This document shows positions 1 to 8,862 of a DNA stretch of 54,931 nucleotides, in pieces. The position numbers and the translations under genes were made by a program. Where the stretch lies: NCBI GenBank assembly GCA_963923875.1, contig CAWUOG010000001.1, positions 1 through 54,931 on the forward strand, given 5' to 3'. Below the pieces are notes generated by a model. It saw nothing but the letters and a program-made list of their open reading frames with translations, made no database searches and was not told the DNA's origin. This DNA is from an uncultured Alphaproteobacteria bacterium. GTDB taxonomy: Bacteria; Pseudomonadota; Alphaproteobacteria; Reyranellales; Reyranellaceae. Positions within the stretch are counted from its first letter, which is position 1. Every line of letters starts with the position of its first letter.

Positions 1-715
1 TGAACGGCTCGTTCCAGGCCATGCGCATCATGCGCTTGGCGGCCTGGATGGCGAGAGGCGCATTGGCGGCGATCTCCAGAGCCAGCGTGCGGGCCACCCC
101 CATCACTTCAGCGTCAGGCACCACCTTGTTAACCAGGCCGATCTCCAGCGACTGGTCGGCAGTCAGCGTGCGGCCGGTGAAGATGAGCTCGGATGCCCTG
201 GCCCAGCCCAGCATGCGCGGCAGGTACCAGGTGCCGCCGGACTCCGGCAGCACGCCTCGCTTGGCATAGGACGCCGCCAGCTTGGCCGACTGCGCCATTA
301 CCCTGATGTCGGCGCCCAGCGCCAGGTCGAGGCCGTAGCCGGCGGCCGAGCCGTTCAGCGCGGCGATCACCGGCTTGTCCATAGCATGCAGGACCGGCGG
401 CGGCGTGTTGCGCAGGTCGATATTGGTCGGTGTCGCGCCCGAGCCGACGGAGAGATTGTCCGTGCCCTTGCTCTGGGCTTCGAGATTGAGCCCGGCGCAG
501 AAGGCGCGGCCGGTGCCGGTCAGGATCACCACCCGGACCTCGCGGTCCTCGTTGGCCTTGACCAGCGCGTCGGTGAGCTGACGCAGCATCGGGCCGGAAA
601 TAGTGTTCATGCGCTGCGGAGCGTTCAGCGTAATGACCGCGATCGCGCCCTCTACACCATACAGCAGCTCCTGCGGTATTACCGAAGGTGCGGTCTGGGC
701 CGCAAACTGGCTCAT
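1..715 (-). CDS. Enoyl-CoA hydratase/isomerase (crotonase) family protein, 3' end outside window
   Basis: Manual translation from ATG at 715: MSQFAAQ...VITLNAPQRMNTISGPM...ILTGTGRAFCAGLNL...KPVIAALNGSAAGYGLDLALGADIR...GVLPESGGTWYLPRMLG. GGAGG/GAGG RBS upstream. Absent from the ORF track because it runs off the edge. Confidence 0.9.
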   Translation of the reverse strand, partial: MSQFAAQTAPSVIPQELLYGVEGAIAVITLNAPQRMNTISGPMLRQLTDALVKANEDREVRVVILTGTGRAFCAGLNLEAQSKGTDNLSVGSGATPTNIDLRNTPPPVLHAMDKPVIAALNGSAAGYGLDLALGADIRVMAQSAKLAASYAKRGVLPESGGTWYLPRMLGWARASELIFTGRTLTADQSLEIGLVNKVVPDAEVMGVARTLALEIAANAPLAIQAAKRMMRMAWNEPF

Positions 716-769
716 GTTTCCTCGCCTCCCCAATTGCCGCTATGGTGGCGCAGGAGTACAGGCCACGCC

Positions 770-1819
770 ATGCAAAATCGGTTCATCGATCTCTACAGCG
801 ACACCAAGACCAAGCCCTCGCCCGGCATGCGGAAAGCCATGGCCGAAGCCGAAGTGGGCGACGAACAGAAATACGAGGACCCGACGACCAACCGCCTGCG
901 TGAAAAGATCTGCGAGATCCTCGGCAAGGAGGACGCCGTGTTTATGCCGAGCGGCACGATGTGCAACCAGGCCGCGATCCGCGTGCATTGCCGGCTAGGC
1001 GACGAGGTGATCGCCGACAAGACCGCGCACATCATCAATGCCGAGACCGGCGGCACCGCCGCCAACTCGGGTGTCATGATCCGCATGCTCGACGGCCCCA
1101 ACGGCGTGTTTACCGCCGACCAGGTGAAAGCTGCGCTGCGTGACCCCAACAGCCGAAATGCGCCGCGTTCACGCCTGGTCTCGGTCGAGAACACGTCCAA
1201 TGGCGGCTTCGGCACGGTGTGGCCGATCGAGACGTTGCGTGGCGTTTCGAAGGTTGCCCACGATGCCGGCCTCGCTGTCCACATGGACGGTGCACGGCTG
1301 TGCAACGCGGCCGTCAAGTCCGGCACCAAGGCCAGGGACTACGCCGCCTGCACCGACTCGCTGTGGCTCGATTACACCAAGGGCCTCGGGGCTCCGGTCG
1401 GCGCCTCGCTGGCTGGCTCCAAGGATTTCATCAAGGAAGCATGGCGTCAGAAGCAGATGCTGGGCGGCTCGATGCGCCAGTCCGGAGTGGTCGCCGCCGC
1501 GGCGCTTTACGCCCTCGAGCACAACTGGGACCGCCTCGCCGAGGACCACGACAACGCCCATCACCTCGCCGCCGGTCTCGCCAACATCAAGGGCCTCGAG
1601 TGCGAGGTCGCCAAAATGCAGACCAACCTCGTCTTCTTCGAGATCAAGAAACCCGGAATGACCGGCGCGCAATTCGTCGCCGCGTGCAACGAGCGCGGGG
1701 TCGGCATGGGCACCAGCGCCGGCAGCAGCACGCGCATCCGCGCCGTGACGCATCTCGACGTAAACCGCGCCGATATCGATGCGGCGTTGAAGATCATCAG
1801 CGACGTGATGGCGGCGTGA
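770..1819 (+). CDS. ltaE: Low-specificity L-threonine aldolase (PLP-dependent)
   Basis: IDLYSDTKT, FMPSGTMCNQ, VENTSN, HMDGARL, TKGLGAPVG (PLP Lys) and GGSMRQSG motifs. Start moved to ATG 770, after AGGAG. Confidence 0.9.
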   Translation: MQNRFIDLYSDTKTKPSPGMRKAMAEAEVGDEQKYEDPTTNRLREKICEILGKEDAVFMPSGTMCNQAAIRVHCRLGDEVIADKTAHIINAETGGTAANSGVMIRMLDGPNGVFTADQVKAALRDPNSRNAPRSRLVSVENTSNGGFGTVWPIETLRGVSKVAHDAGLAVHMDGARLCNAAVKSGTKARDYAACTDSLWLDYTKGLGAPVGASLAGSKDFIKEAWRQKQMLGGSMRQSGVVAAAALYALEHNWDRLAEDHDNAHHLAAGLANIKGLECEVAKMQTNLVFFEIKKPGMTGAQFVAACNERGVGMGTSAGSSTRIRAVTHLDVNRADIDAALKIISDVMAA

Positions 1820-4086
1820 GCGTTGGCCAGCCGGTCGCCCGGCGCGAAGACCAGAGATTCCTGACCGGGCGCGGACGTTACACCGACAACACCGCTCCAG
1901 CCGACGCCGCTCACGTGCTGTTCGTGCGCTCGCCGCACGCCCATGCGCGGGTTGTCGGGATCGACAAGGAAGCCGGTCGCGCCGCTCCCGGCGTGATCGC
2001 GATCTTCACCTCGGTGGACACAGCGGGCGACGGGCTGGGTCATCTGCCCTGCATCAGCGAGATCAAGGACCCGGCCGGCAACCGGCACCGCGAGCCCGCC
2101 CATCTCCCGATGGCCGTCGGCAAGGTGCGCCATGTCGGAGATATCGTGGCCATGGTCGTCGCCGGTACGCTCGAGCAGGCACGCGATGCGGCTGAGCTGC
2201 TCGCCGTCGACTACGAGGAACTGCCGGCCGTCGTGACGGTGGCGCAGGCGCTGGCGCCCGGTGCGCCGCTGGTCCACGACGAGGTCGCGGGCAACCTGAT
2301 GTGCCACTGGCAGCGAGGCAATGCGGCAGCCACGGATGCCGCCTTCGCCAAGGCCGCCCATGTCAGCTCCCTCTCGATCCGCTCGCCCCGGCAGATCGTG
2401 CATTACATGGAAACGCGCGCGGCGTGGTCGAGTTGGGAAGCGGCGAGCGACACCGCCACCGTGACGCTCAGCTCGCAGGGCGTTCAGATCCCGCACCGGC
2501 TGATGTGCGAGCGCGTGCTCAACCTTGCAAAGGACAAGCTGCGGCTGATCACGCAGGACGTCGGTGGCGGCTTCGGCCCCAAATATCCGATCTCTGCCGA
2601 GTCGAGCCTGATCGCCTGGGCGACGCGCAAGCTCCGGCGCGGCCTGCGCTGGAGCGCCGAGCGCGCGGAGCACGCCCTGTCGGACAGCCATTCGCGCGAT
2701 CTCGTCGCGTCGGCCGAATTGGCGCTCGATGCCGGCGGCCGGTTCATCGGCTTGCGCGTACGGGCCCAGGCCAATTTCGGCGCCTACCTGTCGATGTTCG
2801 CGCCGTCGATCCCGACCACCGGCCTTGCCAAGGTCATCTCGGGCCTCTATCGCCTGCCCGCCATCGACATCGAGTTCGACTGCGCCTTCACCAACACTGT
2901 GCCGGTCGACGCCATTCGCGGCGCCGGCAAGCCGGAGGCGCTGTTCCTGCTGGAACGGCTAATTGACATTGCCGCGCACGAGACGAAGCGTTCGCCCGCC
3001 GACCTGCGGCGACTGAACCTGCTCACCGCAGCCGACATGCCCTACAAGGCGGCGAGCGGTTACACCTACGATGCCGCCGACTGCCCGCATCTGTTCGAGC
3101 AGGCGCTCAAGGTAGCCGACGAAGCGGGCTTCCCGGCCCGGCGCGCAGCCAGCGAAAAGACGGGCCTGCGCCGCGGCATCGGCCTCTCCTGTCACCTGCA
3201 CGGTACCGGCGGCATCGCCGACGAGCATTCGGTGGTGCAGGTCACGCCCAAGGGCCTGGTGGCCTTCGCCGGCACGCAGAGCCAGGGCCAGGGTCACGAG
3301 ACGGTGTTCGCGCAAGTCCTGTCGCAGACGCTGGGCGTTCCCGTGGAGCAGATCGAGGTCCGCCAGGGCGACACGCGAACCATACCGCACGGTGGCGGCA
3401 CCGGCGGCTCGTCCTCGACCATCATCACCGGCACCACCCTGAAGCGCGCCGCAGACGTCGTGATCCAGCGCGGCCGTGACCTCGCCGCCGAGCGCCTGGA
3501 GACGTCGCCGGCCGACATCGTGTTCAAGGACGGGAGCTTCGAGGTGGTCGGCACCGACCGGCGCATCGGCCTGCTCGAACTGGCCGAGCACAAGCCGTTC
3601 GAGGGCGATGCCGTGTTCGCCGACAAGATTGAATCGTTTCCGACCGGCGTCATGGTCTGCGAAGTCGAAGTCGATCCCGATACCGGAACCGTGCGCATCG
3701 ACCGCCTGACCTCGGTCACCGACGCCGGTGTCGTGGTTAACCCGCGCCTGCTCGATGGCCAGATCCATGGCGGCATTGCGCACGGGCTGGGCAATGCCGC
3801 CATGGAAGAGGCGATCTACGACGAGGAGACCGGACAGTTGCTCACCGGCACGCTGATGGACTATGCCCTGCCGCGCGCCGAAGACCTGCCGAACTTCACG
3901 GTCGAGACCATCGTCACGCCCTCGCCCAACAACATGCTGGGCTTCAAGGGTGTGGGCGAACTGCCAACCAACGGTGCGCTCGCGGCCTATGGCAACGCCG
4001 TTCTCGATGCGCTGCGGGCCGACGGCGTGCGCCACATCGACCTGCCGATCACGGCGCAGAAAGTCTGGAGGGCGTTGAACCGCTGA
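1816..4086 (+). CDS. Xanthine dehydrogenase/CoxL-like molybdopterin-binding large subunit
   Basis: RREDQRFLTGRGRYTD, VRSPHAHA, GGGFGPK, AIRGAGKPE, QGQGHET, GQIHGGIAHG and KGVGE motifs. GTG start overlaps the ltaE TGA (GTGA). Confidence 0.9.
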   Translation: MSVGQPVARREDQRFLTGRGRYTDNTAPADAAHVLFVRSPHAHARVVGIDKEAGRAAPGVIAIFTSVDTAGDGLGHLPCISEIKDPAGNRHREPAHLPMAVGKVRHVGDIVAMVVAGTLEQARDAAELLAVDYEELPAVVTVAQALAPGAPLVHDEVAGNLMCHWQRGNAAATDAAFAKAAHVSSLSIRSPRQIVHYMETRAAWSSWEAASDTATVTLSSQGVQIPHRLMCERVLNLAKDKLRLITQDVGGGFGPKYPISAESSLIAWATRKLRRGLRWSAERAEHALSDSHSRDLVASAELALDAGGRFIGLRVRAQANFGAYLSMFAPSIPTTGLAKVISGLYRLPAIDIEFDCAFTNTVPVDAIRGAGKPEALFLLERLIDIAAHETKRSPADLRRLNLLTAADMPYKAASGYTYDAADCPHLFEQALKVADEAGFPARRAASEKTGLRRGIGLSCHLHGTGGIADEHSVVQVTPKGLVAFAGTQSQGQGHETVFAQVLSQTLGVPVEQIEVRQGDTRTIPHGGGTGGSSSTIITGTTLKRAADVVIQRGRDLAAERLETSPADIVFKDGSFEVVGTDRRIGLLELAEHKPFEGDAVFADKIESFPTGVMVCEVEVDPDTGTVRIDRLTSVTDAGVVVNPRLLDGQIHGGIAHGLGNAAMEEAIYDEETGQLLTGTLMDYALPRAEDLPNFTVETIVTPSPNNMLGFKGVGELPTNGALAAYGNAVLDALRADGVRHIDLPITAQKVWRALNR

Positions 4087-4119
4087 GCCGGCGCCGACGC
4101 CCGCACCCGGATTCTGCCC

Positions 4120-4133
4120 CTGATCTATCTCAA
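4120..4133 (+). promoter_or_regulatory. Putative FNR/FixK-type binding site
   Basis: CTGATCTATCTCAA versus consensus TTGAT-N4-ATCAA (2 mismatches), centred about 40 nt upstream of ATG 4167, which fits class II spacing. Confidence 0.4.
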
Positions 4134-4166
4134 GGCGGCATTTGGTTCGCAGCGCGATAAAGCAGC

Positions 4167-4760
4167 ATGTCTAATGCTGCCCGTTCCATCCTGATCCTCA
4201 ACGGCCATCCCGATCGCGGGAGCAAGGGCCTGTGCCATGCCCTGGCCGAAGCCTATGCCGAAGGCGCGCGCGGTGCCGGGCGCAAGGTCGAGCGCATCGA
4301 CGTAGCGACGCTCGACTTCGGCTTCCTGCAATCGCAGGCGGAATTCGAGAAGGGCAAGGCACCGGCCGCCATCGCCGAGGTTCAGGCGCAGATCGAACGC
4401 GCCGATCACCTCGTGGTGGTGTTCCCGTTGTGGCTGGGCGACATACCGGCAGTGCTGAAGGCCTTCTTCGAGCAGACGCTGCGACCGGGGTTCGCTTTCA
4501 CCAACAGACCCAACGGCTTTCCGATCATGCACCTGAAAGGGCGCACGGCACGCGTGATCGTCACCATGGGAATGCCCGCTGCTGTCTACCGCTGGTACTT
4601 CCTCGCCCACGGGCTGAAGAACCTGAAGCGCAACATCCTGGGCTTTGTCGGCTTCTCGCCGGTGCGCGACACGATCGTCGGCAGCGTCGGGACCGCCGGT
4701 CAGGAGAGAATTCGCAAACGTCTCGACGAGGTGCGCGCCCTGGGGCGTGACGGCATCTAG
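4167..4760 (+). CDS. NAD(P)H-dependent oxidoreductase, flavodoxin-like fold (MdaB/KefF-like)
   Basis: ILILNGHP, ADHLVVVFPLWLGDIPAVLKAFFE and LKGRTARVIVTMG motifs. Confidence 0.85.
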   Translation: MSNAARSILILNGHPDRGSKGLCHALAEAYAEGARGAGRKVERIDVATLDFGFLQSQAEFEKGKAPAAIAEVQAQIERADHLVVVFPLWLGDIPAVLKAFFEQTLRPGFAFTNRPNGFPIMHLKGRTARVIVTMGMPAAVYRWYFLAHGLKNLKRNILGFVGFSPVRDTIVGSVGTAGQERIRKRLDEVRALGRDGI

Positions 4761-4761
4761 A

Positions 4762-5094
4762 TCAGCGTCGCGACAGCCGCTGCAGCGAGGCCGCGATGGC
4801 TGCACGCGAATCTGCAGGCTGGTCCGCGATGGCGCGCGCCAGCAGCTCGATCTGGCCGCGCAGCGTATGGACCTGGTCGATCAGGCCGATCACCGCCTCG
4901 ATCGTATCGTCGTCGAGCCCGAGATCGTCGCCCAGTTCGGCGAGCAGGCGCACACGCGCAATGTCAACCTGCTCGAAACTCCAGCTTTCGGGCCCATCCG
5001 GCGTCGGGCGCAGCAGGCCGCGCGCCACCCATCGCTCGACACGCAGTGTGGTCAGGCCGCTATGGGATCCCAGCAATTCGGCGAGCGTGGTCAT
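4762..5094 (-). CDS. cbpM: Chaperone modulator CbpM-like (MerR-like HTH)
   Basis: WVARGLLRP...F..VDIARVRLLAELGDDLGL...LIDQVHTLR. ATGA overlap with the upstream J-protein gene. Confidence 0.75.
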   Translation of the reverse strand: MTTLAELLGSHSGLTTLRVERWVARGLLRPTPDGPESWSFEQVDIARVRLLAELGDDLGLDDDTIEAVIGLIDQVHTLRGQIELLARAIADQPADSRAAIAASLQRLSRR

Positions 5095-6035
5095 ACGAAC
5101 GGCTCCATACCCTTACGCGGGTCGTGGGCGCGACCGGTCTCCCAGCCCTGCAGGAATTCCTTGAGCTTCTCGTCAGGCGCTTCGGGGAGAACGACCTTGA
5201 GTTTGACGTACTGGTCGCCTCGCTGGCCGGATTTGCGATCGAGCAAGCCACGCCCCTTGAGCCTGAGGCTGCTGCCGGTGTTGGATCCCGGCGGAACGTT
5301 TAACATCACGGGACCACCGACCGTCGGCACCTTGACCTTGCCGCCCAGAACGGCCTCGGAAAGCGTTACGGGCAACTCGACATGAATGTCATTGTCCCGC
5401 GGTTCGAAAAAGGCATGCGCCTGGACGCGGATCTCGACATAGGCGTCGCCGGCCGACTTGCCGTCACGACCGGGCATGCCCTGCCCCTTCAGCCGCAATG
5501 TCTGGCCGTCGGTGGTGCCCTCGGGAATATCGATATCGAGAGTCCGCCCATCCGGGAGGGTTACACGCTGCTTGCCGCCGCGCGCTGCCACCAGAAACGG
5601 CACGGAGAGCGAATAGGTGAGCGGCATGCCCGACATGTCGAAGCCGCCGCCATCGAACCCCGCCCCGTCGAAGCCGCCACCGCGATGCGCCCCGAACATC
5701 TCAGAAAAGACGTCGCCCATGTCGACGAACGACTCCGCCCCGCCGCCACGACGATACTTTCGGCCATCGGGCCCGCCCGCCGCATCACGATAGAAGCCGC
5801 GTGGCGGCATCTCCTGTCCGCTGGCATCGATTTCGCCCGCGTCGAAGCGCCGGCGCTTTTCGGGATCGGACAGCAGGTCATTGGCTTGGCCGATATCCTT
5901 GAACTTGGCTTCGGCAGCCTTGTCGCCTGGATTGAGATCCGGGTGATATTTCTTGGCGAGCTTGCGGTACGCCTTGCGGATGTCATCCGCCGACGCCGAT
6001 TTGGCTACACCGAGGATGGCATAGGGGTCGTTCAT
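5091..6035 (-). CDS. cbpA: DnaJ-class co-chaperone (CbpA-like; J domain plus C-terminal domain, no Zn finger)
   Basis: DPYAILGV...KAYRKLAKKYHPD (HPD motif), G/F-rich linker, LRLKGQG/LRLKGRG repeats, no CxxCxGxG. Confidence 0.85.
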   Translation of the reverse strand: MNDPYAILGVAKSASADDIRKAYRKLAKKYHPDLNPGDKAAEAKFKDIGQANDLLSDPEKRRRFDAGEIDASGQEMPPRGFYRDAAGGPDGRKYRRGGGAESFVDMGDVFSEMFGAHRGGGFDGAGFDGGGFDMSGMPLTYSLSVPFLVAARGGKQRVTLPDGRTLDIDIPEGTTDGQTLRLKGQGMPGRDGKSAGDAYVEIRVQAHAFFEPRDNDIHVELPVTLSEAVLGGKVKVPTVGGPVMLNVPPGSNTGSSLRLKGRGLLDRKSGQRGDQYVKLKVVLPEAPDEKLKEFLQGWETGRAHDPRKGMEPFV

Positions 6036-6043
6036 CGTCTTCT

Positions 6044-6073
6044 GTATGTGGCGCTTTTTCAGGCAGTTGCAAG
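6044..6073 (-). promoter_or_regulatory. Putative RpoH (sigma32) promoter for cbpA-cbpM
   Basis: Minus strand CTTGCA-N16-CCACATAC, 8 nt before the ATG. Resembles CTTGAA-N(13-17)-CCCCATNT and precedes a chaperone gene. Confidence 0.5.
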
Positions 6074-6114
6074 ACCTGCCTCAGGAGCAGCCTCGGACGC
6101 GGTTCAACCGCGCG

Positions 6115-8697
6115 TCAGACGGGCGCGAGATATCGATTGAGCGTGGCCGCGAGGTCGACGACATGGCTCGTGATGCAGGTGTTATGCAGGCCGGGCACCT
6201 GCTCGTAGGCAAGGCGCCGCGCCAACCGGCGCCACACACCCTGGGCAAACTCCGGCTTCGTCGAATACTCGTCGCTCAGCACGCAGACAACGTCGGTGTC
6301 GATACGCGGCGGCAGGTAATTCGACATCGCCTGATAATAGGCCCAGCGCAACGATGGACCGGACTGCTCAGCCTCACCCGCTGCAGCCGGCGCCGCATGA
6401 AAGCGCCGGGCGATTCGTTGAAGGATATGGCGATCGCCATGCATCAGCCGACGCGTCAGCGACCACAGGCTCGGCATCGCATGCTCGTGCAGGCGAGAGG
6501 CCATCTCCGCCGGAACCAGCTTCTCTACTGAAGCCACCAGGCCCGCGAGTGCGCGTACGGTCGGGCGCGCATTGATCGAGAATGTGTCGATCAGCATCAC
6601 GCCCTCGACGGTTCTGCCGATCTGGCCGAGCTGATGCGCCATTTCCCATGCCGCCAGACCGCCATGGCAGTAGCCGGCGAGCTTGAAGGCGCCATGCGGC
6701 CACGCGGCGAGAAGGTTGGGAACGTAGCGCCTCGCCATCTCCTCGACCGACGTGACGCCGGCCGAGGCATCGAGATTGGAATGGAGCAGATAGACCGGTC
6801 CATCGTGGCGCAGCAGTTCGACCAGGCGGCGAGCATAAAGCCCCCACCCGTCGAAATCGCCATGACAGAGGAAGAGCGGCGTACCGTGGCCATCCTTGAC
6901 CCGGGTCATCAACTGATCGCTGGCGGCAACCCGCACCAGCGCCTGGGCAAGCTGGCGAATCGTGAGTTGCGCACGAATCTCCGAGGGTGCGACGGTGAGA
7001 CCGGTAACGGTCTCGATTTCGAGCAGCATCTCGGTTGCCTGAAGCGAATCTCCGCCAATCTCGAAAAAATCGTCGTCAATGCCGATATCGTCGCGCTTCA
7101 GGAACTTTCGCCAGATCTCCGCGATCTGGATCTGCAGCGGCTGTTCGGGCGGCGATATATGGCGCGCGTGATTGGCGAACATGGCGCCGAGTTGTGGCCG
7201 CGAAATCTTTCCAGTGACGCCGACAGGGAACTTCTCCAGCACGTGCACGTGCCGCGGCATCTGGAACGGCGCGAGCCGATCGTAGATGAAGTCGATGAGC
7301 TCAGACGATGTCGCCTGCTTGCCGGCATGCAAGACCACCGCCGAAGCGACATTCTCGCCCAGCCGCGGATGCGGCACGCCGAAGGCCGCCGCCTCTCGCA
7401 CCGCAGGATGCTGAAGCAGGGCCTTCTCGACATCATAGGGCGAGACCTTTTCGCCGCCGCGATTGATGATCTCCTTGGTCCGACCGACGATGGTCAGATA
7501 ACCTTCCGCATCGATCACGCCGAGATCGCCGGTCGCGAGCCAGCCGTTCTCGAGCCCGCTCGGCGTGTCGGTGATCTCGTAGAGGTAGCCCGGCGTCACG
7601 CTTGGGCCGGTCAACACGACCTGGCCAGTCTGTCCTGCAGGCAGGAACTTGCCATTGTCGCCCCGGATCGCGAGTTCGCCCTGGGGCGGGCGCCCGACGC
7701 TACCCGGTTTCAGCTTCTCAGGAGGAATTGCCGGCGCCGTCATCATCCCGGCCTCGCACAGACCATAGAACTCGACGACTGGAACGCCGAGCGCGGCCTG
7801 CAGGTCGACCCGCACCGCGTCCGCAAGATAGGAGGCGGTCGACAGCACAAAGCGCAGCGAATGCTTCAGAGGGGCGCTGTCGCGCGCTTTCATCCTGTCG
7901 AGCACCGCTTGCAGGAAGGCAGGCGCAGCGGTCAGCCAGGTCGGGCGCAACTCGTCGACCCATTGGTCGAATTCGTTCGGATTGGTCGTGGCAGGCATCG
8001 CCACACTGCAGCCGATCAGCAAAGGCACCAGGAGAGTCGCCTTGAAGCCCGCATTGTAGTAAATTGGAAGAATACAGGTCGACCGGTCCGAGGGGCCGAT
8101 CTTCAACCAGCGCTGCATCTTGCGCGCCATCTCGACCAGGTTCTGATGCGTCACCGGCACTCGCTTGGCGGAGCCCGTGGTGCCGGAGGTGCGGAAGATC
8201 ACGCTCACCGACTTCTCATCGACATCGCCGGCCGGCTTCTTGCGCGCAACGTCGGAGCGCTGGGTCAAGGCGATCTCCGCGAACGACGTCGTCGCGCGCG
8301 CCACCTCGAAGAGACCGGACGACCGAACTGCCCAGGTCGGAAGCTCGTCGGAGTGCGGCACGATCAGCGCATCGATCTTGATGCGCTCGATTTCGGTCTC
8401 GAGATCGGCCGCCGTCAGATTGGGATTGATCGGCAACATGATCGCTGTCGCCGAGACCACGAGACTGATCAGCGCCGCTTCCGGACCACGCGGCAACGCT
8501 ACGCCGACGCGCGACGATGCTCCGATTCCCGCCGCGCGTAGTTGTGCGCCGATGCGCTCAATCTGAAGCGATAGTTCGCCGAATGTCAGCGGCCGCAGCC
8601 CCGGACTGAGAATCGCGATCGCAGCAGGGTCGCGCTCTGCGTGAGCAGCCAAAGTCCGGCCGATCGTAGGTTGAAATGAATCCAAGTTTACCTGCAC
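6115..8697 (-). CDS. Stand-alone NRPS-like protein: adenylation (acyl-CoA ligase type), carrier (PCP/ACP) and thioesterase domains
   Basis: FRTSGTTGSAK, YGLCE, ATGDLG, GRTKEIINRGGEKVSP and TGKISR (A domain). DDDFFEIGGDSL (Ppant Ser, codon 7045-7047). LFLCHG...AGYCHGG...LIDT...VPGLH (TE). GTG start is uncertain. Confidence 0.88.
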   Translation of the reverse strand: MQVNLDSFQPTIGRTLAAHAERDPAAIAILSPGLRPLTFGELSLQIERIGAQLRAAGIGASSRVGVALPRGPEAALISLVVSATAIMLPINPNLTAADLETEIERIKIDALIVPHSDELPTWAVRSSGLFEVARATTSFAEIALTQRSDVARKKPAGDVDEKSVSVIFRTSGTTGSAKRVPVTHQNLVEMARKMQRWLKIGPSDRSTCILPIYYNAGFKATLLVPLLIGCSVAMPATTNPNEFDQWVDELRPTWLTAAPAFLQAVLDRMKARDSAPLKHSLRFVLSTASYLADAVRVDLQAALGVPVVEFYGLCEAGMMTAPAIPPEKLKPGSVGRPPQGELAIRGDNGKFLPAGQTGQVVLTGPSVTPGYLYEITDTPSGLENGWLATGDLGVIDAEGYLTIVGRTKEIINRGGEKVSPYDVEKALLQHPAVREAAAFGVPHPRLGENVASAVVLHAGKQATSSELIDFIYDRLAPFQMPRHVHVLEKFPVGVTGKISRPQLGAMFANHARHISPPEQPLQIQIAEIWRKFLKRDDIGIDDDFFEIGGDSLQATEMLLEIETVTGLTVAPSEIRAQLTIRQLAQALVRVAASDQLMTRVKDGHGTPLFLCHGDFDGWGLYARRLVELLRHDGPVYLLHSNLDASAGVTSVEEMARRYVPNLLAAWPHGAFKLAGYCHGGLAAWEMAHQLGQIGRTVEGVMLIDTFSINARPTVRALAGLVASVEKLVPAEMASRLHEHAMPSLWSLTRRLMHGDRHILQRIARRFHAAPAAAGEAEQSGPSLRWAYYQAMSNYLPPRIDTDVVCVLSDEYSTKPEFAQGVWRRLARRLAYEQVPGLHNTCITSHVVDLAATLNRYLAPV

Positions 8698-8862
8698 CTA
8701 AAGTGCAACAATATAATCAAACCGCAGCGAATGCATCTGGTGAATGGCCTCATGGTCCTCAATTCGAATGCAAATGCAGCCTGAATGAATCCGCTGTGCC
8801 TACCACACGAGCTGGATGTCGCCCCTCCGGCACTCCCACACGCCCGTCCTGCCTCTTGCGGG

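Noticed and set aside
1816-4086. Aerobic CO dehydrogenase (coxL form I)
   Set aside because: It lacks the AYxCSFR Cu-binding loop and has no coxM/coxS or accessory genes nearby.
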